The notes below the pieces were generated by a model that saw only the letters and a list, made by a program, of their open reading frames with translations, had not been told where the DNA came from and did no database searches. Source: an uncultured Planctomycetota bacterium (GTDB lineage: Bacteria; Planctomycetota; CAZGEP01). From it: DNA of 64,000 nucleotides. The translations under genes were made by a program, and so were the position numbers. Position 1 is the first letter of the stretch; each line of letters starts with the position of its first letter. Below, in pieces: positions 57,754 to 64,000 of this stretch. The stretch is from the NCBI GenBank assembly GCA_964524955.1, contig CAZGEP010000004.1, positions 3,627 to 67,626 of the forward strand, given 5' to 3'.

Positions 57754-58716
57754 ATGGGAAAACCTGATGACAGCTGTGAAATCACTTATCACAAAGGAAA
57801 TGATCTCTTTTGCGAAGGAGATGAACCGGATCATCTCTACATTATCAAGTACGGAGAAGTCGGCATATACAAGATTGATAAAAACGGACAGGAAGTTATG
57901 ATTGACACGGTCAGGGAGGGAAATGTAATTGGTGAAATGGCCCTTTTTGACGACAAACCTCGATCAGCCACGGTACGTGCAAACCGACTCACACGGGTGG
58001 TACGGGTTCCGAAAAAAGAATTTCTCAAACGTATCAACAAAATGCCCGGCTGGCTGGCCAGCATTGTTCGAATCATTATCAAACGCCTTCGCATCTCCAA
58101 CTCACGATTCACCGAATCCGCCAATCGCAGTTTCAGCGCAAATGTCTCATACCTTCTCACCTACATCTCCGAACGGTATTGCACAGACTCCGAAACCGGA
58201 CTGACCCTGAACATCGATACAGCGACCAAGGAAATTCAGAAAATACTCAACCTGGATTACAATACAGTCAAGGAATGCTACGATGAACTGGCAGCTAAGA
58301 ATATCATTACTCTGAGTAGAAATAAGATGATGATTCCGGACCCCAACCTGCTGTACGAGTATTACAGATACAAAGAAGGTCTACTGAACCCGGACGCGCT
58401 GCCAAAACTCAGTACAACCACTCGAAAGGTTGCGGACGCGCTCATGGACTATACGCAGACCCGTGGAACCCAGAAAAAAGACGGTGTCATGATCCCCTAT
58501 ATGATGTTCTGCAAAGACTGCCGGAAAATGTATGGTGTACACGCTGATGCATCCGCGATGAATGAGCTTGCAAGCGTCGGCTTGATCGCTATTACACCCG
58601 AACCGCCTGCATCCGGCAAAGAAATAAAAGATGAAGATAAGGACATTTATGTGTACACGGAGAAGCTGAAAATTCTTTTTCGAAAAACACGAATTCTTGA
58701 GATGTTTGCTCGTTGA
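57754..58716 (+). CDS. Cyclic-nucleotide-binding-domain regulatory protein
   Basis: 'LFCEGDEPDHLYIIKYGEVGIY...IGEMALF...RSATVRA' cNMP-binding fold. RBS 'aaggaag'. Confidence 0.6.
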   Translation: MGKPDDSCEITYHKGNDLFCEGDEPDHLYIIKYGEVGIYKIDKNGQEVMIDTVREGNVIGEMALFDDKPRSATVRANRLTRVVRVPKKEFLKRINKMPGWLASIVRIIIKRLRISNSRFTESANRSFSANVSYLLTYISERYCTDSETGLTLNIDTATKEIQKILNLDYNTVKECYDELAAKNIITLSRNKMMIPDPNLLYEYYRYKEGLLNPDALPKLSTTTRKVADALMDYTQTRGTQKKDGVMIPYMMFCKDCRKMYGVHADASAMNELASVGLIAITPEPPASGKEIKDEDKDIYVYTEKLKILFRKTRILEMFAR

Positions 58717-58729
58717 GAACTTCATCCGG

Positions 58730-59563
58730 TCAATCCTGCCGGAAATCCGTTGGAACCATTCCAATTGTTTTCTTGAATATCCTGGCAAAATAATTCGGGT
58801 CTTCATACCCGCATCGATACGCAATCTCGGAAATGCGCATATCCGTCTCCTTGAGAAGTGACATGGCCTTCTGCAGCCGGAGGGAGTTGAGATACTCTTT
58901 GGGAGACATGCCCATCTTTTTTTTAAATACCCGGGTCAGGCTGCTTCGGTTGAGCTCCACCTCTATACTGAGTTCATTCACCGAAAGAAGAGGATCTTCA
59001 TATCGCTGTTCCATCAGTTCAACACATTCACCGACTGCATTTTCTTCTCTTCGAATAACCCCAATCGATCCACAGGCCCGGGTCAGAACGCTGTATGCGA
59101 TTGCCGATGCCCGTCTCTCACCGTTTGGCGAAACGTCCCGCAGACATGCCTCCAGCTGAATAAAGAGTTCCTGGGGACACTCTCCGGCCTGAACTACTTT
59201 TCGCCCAAGTCCTAAGGCCTTAACCGTCTGAACATTCACGGGACCGTCCAGTGTCAGCCAACGATATTCCCAGACTCGGCTCACGGTCCGGATATAGTGC
59301 CGGTCACCAGGCAAATACAGAAATACCTGGCTGGGTTGCAGTACAAACGTCTTGTTGCGAAAAGTAAACTCCCCCTTTCCCTGAATCCCCCAGAAAAGTT
59401 GAACAAAGTTCTTATTCCTTCCTTCTTCAATCCGTTCCGGGCAAAAGCGGTAATGACCGGCAGACCGAGCGCCGAACGGCAGCGGAATCCCCGGCGAAGT
59501 ATTAACACGATAAATTAATCTCTTAAATGTCTCTTCCGTATCTGCCATAACGCAATCCTGCAA
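58730..59563 (-). CDS. AraC-family transcriptional regulator (cupin plus HTH)
   Basis: C-terminal 'ISEIAYRCGYEDPNYFARIFKKTIGMVPTDFR'. Divergent from the GH4 gene. Confidence 0.8.
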   Translation of the reverse strand: MQDCVMADTEETFKRLIYRVNTSPGIPLPFGARSAGHYRFCPERIEEGRNKNFVQLFWGIQGKGEFTFRNKTFVLQPSQVFLYLPGDRHYIRTVSRVWEYRWLTLDGPVNVQTVKALGLGRKVVQAGECPQELFIQLEACLRDVSPNGERRASAIAYSVLTRACGSIGVIRREENAVGECVELMEQRYEDPLLSVNELSIEVELNRSSLTRVFKKKMGMSPKEYLNSLRLQKAMSLLKETDMRISEIAYRCGYEDPNYFARIFKKTIGMVPTDFRQD

Positions 59564-59748
59564 AGAGATAAATATAATCGCGAAGCGACCGGATAATCAT
59601 TTCTTACAAAATTTCAACTATGCAACATTTGTCTTGTTTATTATACATTATTCCTGTTGATAATATCTGCCTATGCTGTATATTTTATTCAAGTTCAATT
59701 TATTTCAAGCAACATTTATCTTTAACCTGTTCGTGAAGGAGAAAAAAT

Positions 59749-61122
59749 ATGAGCGGTCCCAAAATTGCAGTTATCGGAGCAGGCAGCTATTTTTTTGGCA
59801 GAGAAATCATCTATAAGGCAGCATCCAGTCCAGTTCTGAATAACGGAACCCTTGCCCTTGTGGACATTGACAAAAAGGTCCTAAAAACTATGAAACAGCT
59901 TGCTGTCCGTGTTCTGGCCAAATCAAAGAACACAGTGAAAATCACCGCAGATACGGATTACAAGAAAGCGGTCAAGAGCGCGGACTTTGTGGTACTCACG
60001 TTTTCATGGCAGAATGCACATTACCGGGGTATAGATACCGAGATCGCTCAAAAACACGGCATCCGCATGTGCAGTTCTGACACCATCGGGCCGGGCGGCG
60101 TCTTTCGGGCCATGCGGGAAATCCCCAAGGCCGTGGAAATTGCCAGGTACACGGCCCGGGTAAGCCCTTCAGCCTGGGTCATCAATTTTATCAATCCAAC
60201 CGCTGTACTGGGTATGGCCCTTCGCAGTTATGCTCCGGAAATCCGAAGCTTTGCGCTGTGCGATGGACTGCACGAACCGCGCTGCACGCTCAGATACCTT
60301 CAAATGGCCGGCATGCTTCCCTTTGACGCCAACGAAATACCAGCAGAGGTATGGGCCGGCTTAGACCTGAAGATCACCGGTGTAAATCACTGCACCTGGG
60401 TCATCCGATTCAATTATAAAGGAAAGAACATGCTTCCTGCCCTGCGGAATTTCCTGGTCAAAAAGGTGCGTGAAGAGAAAAAAAATAACAGTGACAAAGC
60501 CAAGGGACGGTTCAACAGAGCCTACACGCTCAAACTTCTCGACATCTACGGTGCCTATCCGAATCAGATTGGCCATACCAAGGAATACGTACCGTTTTTT
60601 CAGGGATATGGCAATGCACCTGTAAAGCCCGAACCAATTATATGCTTTAACGCGAATCGCAGGGCCGAAGAAATGGCCCAGGCCTGGGAAATAACAGAAA
60701 AGTATGCTTCCGGAAAGCTCAGCGTACCGCATTTTATGAAAAATACAAAATCGGATCACGCCAGCGATATCATTGAATCCATGTGGGGAAACTTGCGCAA
60801 GCCCTTTTACGTGAACACATCCAACAACGGTGCGGTACCGAATATGCCGGATGATGCCTTTCTTGAGTTGCGAAGCGATCTGGATCTGCAGGGAGCCCGT
60901 CCCCAGCCGGCGTGCGATATGCCCAGAGGTATTCTGGCACTTCAGCACCAGGTACTGGACACGCATGAACTGACCGCACAAGCGGCCATGACCGGTGATA
61001 AGAAAGTGCTGCGCCGCGCCATGCTCACAGATCCGATCTGCAACAATATTGAAGATGCGGACGCCTGCATCAAAGACCTGCTGGCTGCTCAGAAAGAAGC
61101 CCTGCCCCGGTACTGGTATTGA
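59749..61122 (+). CDS. Glycoside hydrolase family 4 (NAD-dependent alpha-glucosidase/galactosidase-like)
   Basis: 'KIAVIGAGSYFFG' Rossmann N-terminus and the 'GVNHCTW' GH4 motif. Confidence 0.75.
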   Translation: MSGPKIAVIGAGSYFFGREIIYKAASSPVLNNGTLALVDIDKKVLKTMKQLAVRVLAKSKNTVKITADTDYKKAVKSADFVVLTFSWQNAHYRGIDTEIAQKHGIRMCSSDTIGPGGVFRAMREIPKAVEIARYTARVSPSAWVINFINPTAVLGMALRSYAPEIRSFALCDGLHEPRCTLRYLQMAGMLPFDANEIPAEVWAGLDLKITGVNHCTWVIRFNYKGKNMLPALRNFLVKKVREEKKNNSDKAKGRFNRAYTLKLLDIYGAYPNQIGHTKEYVPFFQGYGNAPVKPEPIICFNANRRAEEMAQAWEITEKYASGKLSVPHFMKNTKSDHASDIIESMWGNLRKPFYVNTSNNGAVPNMPDDAFLELRSDLDLQGARPQPACDMPRGILALQHQVLDTHELTAQAAMTGDKKVLRRAMLTDPICNNIEDADACIKDLLAAQKEALPRYWY

Positions 61123-61124
61123 TT

Positions 61125-62471
61125 TCACTGCTCTGACACAGCCGGCAGGATCTCGGGTTCGTTTTCTCCGGCGTGAACCATCCGGCGCTTGAGCCGTTCG
61201 GCCAGATCCGCCCGAACCTGTGCGTACGCCGGATCCCGGACCAGGTTGTTTTTTTCGTGCGGATCTTCATTCAGGTCGTAGAGGAAATCTTCCACATAGC
61301 GATCACTTGCCGCGTCATTTCGAGCGTCTTTATCCGGAGCCGTTACCGAGTATTTCCAGCGGTCTGTCCGGACAGCCCTCCCTACCTGGCTCTCGCTGAT
61401 CTGAATAAAGACCTCCTGCGGCCAGTTGGCGTTATCCCCTTCTGCCAGACGGTTCAACGAATTGCCTTTCATGGACTCGGGCGGCTGAACTCCCCCGCTA
61501 TTAAGGATGGCGGGAGGCAGATCCATCAGACTTACCAGGTCCCTCACTTCGTTTCCGCCGGTAAAGCCGGGGCCGCGGATCACCATGGGAATCCGCACGC
61601 ATCCCTCATGACAGGAGCGTTTGTATTCCCGGTTACGGGTACGGAAATGAGATCCATGGTCACTGGTGTAAATCACAAGGGTATCTTCGAGAATGCCTTT
61701 GGCTTCCAGGGTATCAAGAATTCGACCAAGATTGGTATCCAGACTGTTGATGCATCCCAGGTAATCGGGATACTCTTCCCGCCAGTCTCCTTCGGTTTCC
61801 GCAAGGTCTCCGGGAACGGTGAAGTTCTTATACGTTTCTTTGGATCCATGCGGACCTTCATAATGTTTGTGGTCATTCTGGTGATGCGGTTCAATGTAGG
61901 AAACAAAGAGAAAGAACGGATCCGGCTTGTCATAGTCGTTGAGATAGTTAATCACCCAGTCGGTCTGGGCGTCGGCCCGGTATCGGCCCTCAGGAAAATC
62001 AACCCGCTCCATTTCGCTGTTAAACATGTATCCGTCATAGGAGTGAGATGTGGACTCCAGTGTATCGGAGGCCAACCAGAAATCCTTATATCCGCCGCGA
62101 CGCTCCGGCGGAACCGCACGTATTCTGAAATCGTCTTCACCGCCGATGGGGCCAAAAGAGGCCAGATGCCACTTGCCGATATATCCCACGCTGTAACCAC
62201 TGTCTGATAAATGATGGGCAATGGTCTTTTCGTCCATAGGAAGCATGCGGTGATTGGTAAAACAGCCCATTTCCGTGGGATATTTTCCGGTCTGAAGGGC
62301 TGCCCGGGCCGGTCCGCAGACCGGCTGGCAGGTAAATGCGTTCCGGAATAAGACGCCTTCGGATGCCATGCGGTCAAGGTTTGGAGTCAGGTTAAGCTGC
62401 TGGCCATAACACCCGACAGTGTCCCAACGCTGTTGATCGCTGAAAAAGAATAGAATGTTCGGTTTCTTCAT
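61125..62471 (-). CDS. Sulfatase (C-G-P-A-R), no signal peptide
   Basis: 'MKKPNILFFFSDQQRWD', 'CGPARAALQTGKYP' and 'GKWHL'. RBS 'gggagg'. The ORF-track 16-aa N-terminal extension was rejected. Confidence 0.8.
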   Translation of the reverse strand: MKKPNILFFFSDQQRWDTVGCYGQQLNLTPNLDRMASEGVLFRNAFTCQPVCGPARAALQTGKYPTEMGCFTNHRMLPMDEKTIAHHLSDSGYSVGYIGKWHLASFGPIGGEDDFRIRAVPPERRGGYKDFWLASDTLESTSHSYDGYMFNSEMERVDFPEGRYRADAQTDWVINYLNDYDKPDPFFLFVSYIEPHHQNDHKHYEGPHGSKETYKNFTVPGDLAETEGDWREEYPDYLGCINSLDTNLGRILDTLEAKGILEDTLVIYTSDHGSHFRTRNREYKRSCHEGCVRIPMVIRGPGFTGGNEVRDLVSLMDLPPAILNSGGVQPPESMKGNSLNRLAEGDNANWPQEVFIQISESQVGRAVRTDRWKYSVTAPDKDARNDAASDRYVEDFLYDLNEDPHEKNNLVRDPAYAQVRADLAERLKRRMVHAGENEPEILPAVSEQ

Positions 62472-62472
62472 T

Positions 62473-63753
62473 TCAGAACCTCCCGGCAATAAAGGTAACG
62501 AGGATGTAGTAAAAGACAAAAGCTCCGCACAGCACCAGGAGTACGGGCCGGATCAGAAAACGATATGCATCGCTCATACGAACGGAGAAATACTCATTGG
62601 TTACAAGCAGGCAGATATGCACGGGTGAGAGCAGCATGCCCATGTATCCGGATGCATAGGCAACCATGGTATAAGCCATCAGCTGCCCCGGAGGCAAATC
62701 GCTGAGTAACCCCATGACAATGGGAAAGCTCGCACCCACAAATCCGATGGCCAGTCCGGTGATGATACCGGAGAGAAAGGGAATCAGGATTGCGATTCCG
62801 AGAAGACTGACATGGACTGAATCCATATCCTGCTTGACCTGAGCAACAATATTCCCCGAACTCAGATCTGCTTCAAGAATCCGCGAAAAAAGTCGGATTC
62901 CGATTACCAGTATGACAAAGCCCCATATCTTTTTATTTCTGGCTATATTCTTCCATTCCACAAAGGAAACTCTTCGCTGGAAATGCATCCAGGCAAGTGC
63001 TGGAATCAGTGCGACGGATATGGGAAAAAACTTACCCGGCAGGTGCTCCTTGAAAATGTAGAGAATCAGGGTTCCGGATATGGTCAGGATAATCGGAATC
63101 ATGGGGTAAATCAGACGAAAAAAAGATCCGCGGGATTTGTCTGCAGAAACAGCATCTGTAATCCGAACACCGCGCAAGAGAAAAAGGCTTCCGGCAGTAA
63201 CGGAAAGAATTGTTAATGGAATCTGAACCGAGAAAAACTGCCACATCTCCAGCCCGGACAGGTCAAAGGCCAGAATAACACCGGGATAGAGCGGCCACCA
63301 GTACTCCCACATATGCCGAAACCAGTAATTAATTGCCGCTTTGCGGGCGGGTTTGATCTCAGATTTCCCGTCACAGGCATTGACCATGGGTGCGGAAAAA
63401 ACCGCTCCCCCGGGCATGGGGAGCAGTCCAATGATCGCAGGGAGCATGGCCATCCGTATGCGCGCACTTTTGACAAGGTTTCCCAGCTCCCGGACAATGG
63501 CACGGGTATCCCCGCTCTTTTCCATAAATCCGCTGAGAACCACGATCATGACCACCACCCAGATCAACAGGAGTGTATCCCGTTCCAGCAGGCAGGAAAA
63601 ACCGATAACAAATGAATCAGAGGGTGAGAGCCCGAACCAGATACCCATCAGCAGACCGCCCAGCGTCATGCTCAGACCGAGATTGAGCTTAAGCCGGTTC
63701 AGGAGCAGTATCAGGATAAAGACAAGCAGAACTTTAAAGGTTGGCGGTATCAT
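62473..63753 (-). CDS. Polytopic membrane permease (DUF401/ion-transporter-superfamily-like), co-oriented with the sulfatase
   Basis: 426 aa and at least 10 predicted TM helices. Its stop lies 1 nt from the sulfatase start. Confidence 0.4.
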   Translation of the reverse strand: MIPPTFKVLLVFILILLLNRLKLNLGLSMTLGGLLMGIWFGLSPSDSFVIGFSCLLERDTLLLIWVVVMIVVLSGFMEKSGDTRAIVRELGNLVKSARIRMAMLPAIIGLLPMPGGAVFSAPMVNACDGKSEIKPARKAAINYWFRHMWEYWWPLYPGVILAFDLSGLEMWQFFSVQIPLTILSVTAGSLFLLRGVRITDAVSADKSRGSFFRLIYPMIPIILTISGTLILYIFKEHLPGKFFPISVALIPALAWMHFQRRVSFVEWKNIARNKKIWGFVILVIGIRLFSRILEADLSSGNIVAQVKQDMDSVHVSLLGIAILIPFLSGIITGLAIGFVGASFPIVMGLLSDLPPGQLMAYTMVAYASGYMGMLLSPVHICLLVTNEYFSVRMSDAYRFLIRPVLLVLCGAFVFYYILVTFIAGRF

Positions 63754-63766
63754 CAGTTATCCGGAT

Positions 63767-64000
63767 TTATTCCGTGATAAAGCCGGTAAAGTTTTCGGAA
63801 AACAGATGCCGGACATCCCGCTGTATTTCTTCTTCCGAGACAGTCCATCCTGCATCCAGGATATCCGCATATTTTTCGAACAGAACTTCGGAGAGAATCT
63901 TCCGGGAATGGTTCCATTTGTAAATCAGCTGATCCAGGACCCGTGCATCGGAGTGCTGCGGCACAAAAGAGGTGCCCAGGACTTCAATACGTTCCCGGGT
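63767..64000 (-). CDS. Hypothetical protein, 5'-truncated by the window edge
   Basis: The open frame continues to the window end. The ORF-track 'M' is a GTG internal codon. Confidence 0.3.
   Translation of the reverse strand, partial: TRERIEVLGTSFVPQHSDARVLDQLIYKWNHSRKILSEVLFEKYADILDAGWTVSEEEIQRDVRHLFSENFTGFITE

Noticed and set aside
1-64000. CRISPR arrays, tRNA/rRNA genes, transposases/integrases
   Set aside because: No regularly spaced direct repeats, no cloverleaf-like conserved tRNA sequences and no DDE/tyrosine-recombinase-like ORFs were recognised by eye. Absence cannot be proven without tRNAscan/Infernal.

Overview
This 64-kb window reads as a polysaccharide/sulfated-glycan utilisation region of a PVC-type bacterium (Lentisphaerota/Kiritimatiellota/Planctomycetota-like; this is inference from gene content). 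Everything here rests on reading the sequence and the ORF track; no database search was possible.

Metabolic and housekeeping content:
- Six sulfatase genes, none with a signal peptide, two of them in tandem.
- Prenyltransferase/squalene-oxidase-repeat (PFTB-like) proteins next to sulfatases at two places.
- Very large secreted proteins with GH42-like and CBM9-like domains, and right-handed beta-helix proteins.
- Two ECF sigma factors, one with its anti-sigma operon.
- Housekeeping genes: ribokinase (partial), recN, a Ser/Thr kinase, aspartokinase, GH4, an AraC regulator.

Unusual content:
1. Two compact low-GC restriction-modification cassettes. One is a methyltransferase fused to a staphylococcal-nuclease-like domain, plus a putative endonuclease, wedged inside a sulfatase/isoprenoid operon. 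The other is a BglII/BamHI-like endonuclease with two methyltransferases.
2. A higher-GC mosaic island (about 30.5-43.5 kb) that carries an orphan Im9-type DNase immunity gene, an ECF sigma with a C-terminal extension, a zinc-ribbon protein and a 931-aa UvrD-like helicase with an embedded nuclease-like domain.
3. A minimal GspE-like ATPase paired with a 97-aa stand-alone GspF-like domain, beside a MshEN-domain Ser/Thr kinase.
4. An operon of sulfatase, a Cys-rich-domain/polyprenyl-synthase fusion, and a PFTB-like gene.
5. Several short dispersed intergenic repeat families and GC-rich hairpin (MITE/REP-like) elements.
6. A probable frameshift at a C5 run in a zinc-finger/TM gene.
7. A 100%-identical 0.6-kb tract shared by two tandem beta-helix genes.

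No rRNA, tRNA, CRISPR array, transposase or integrase was recognised.
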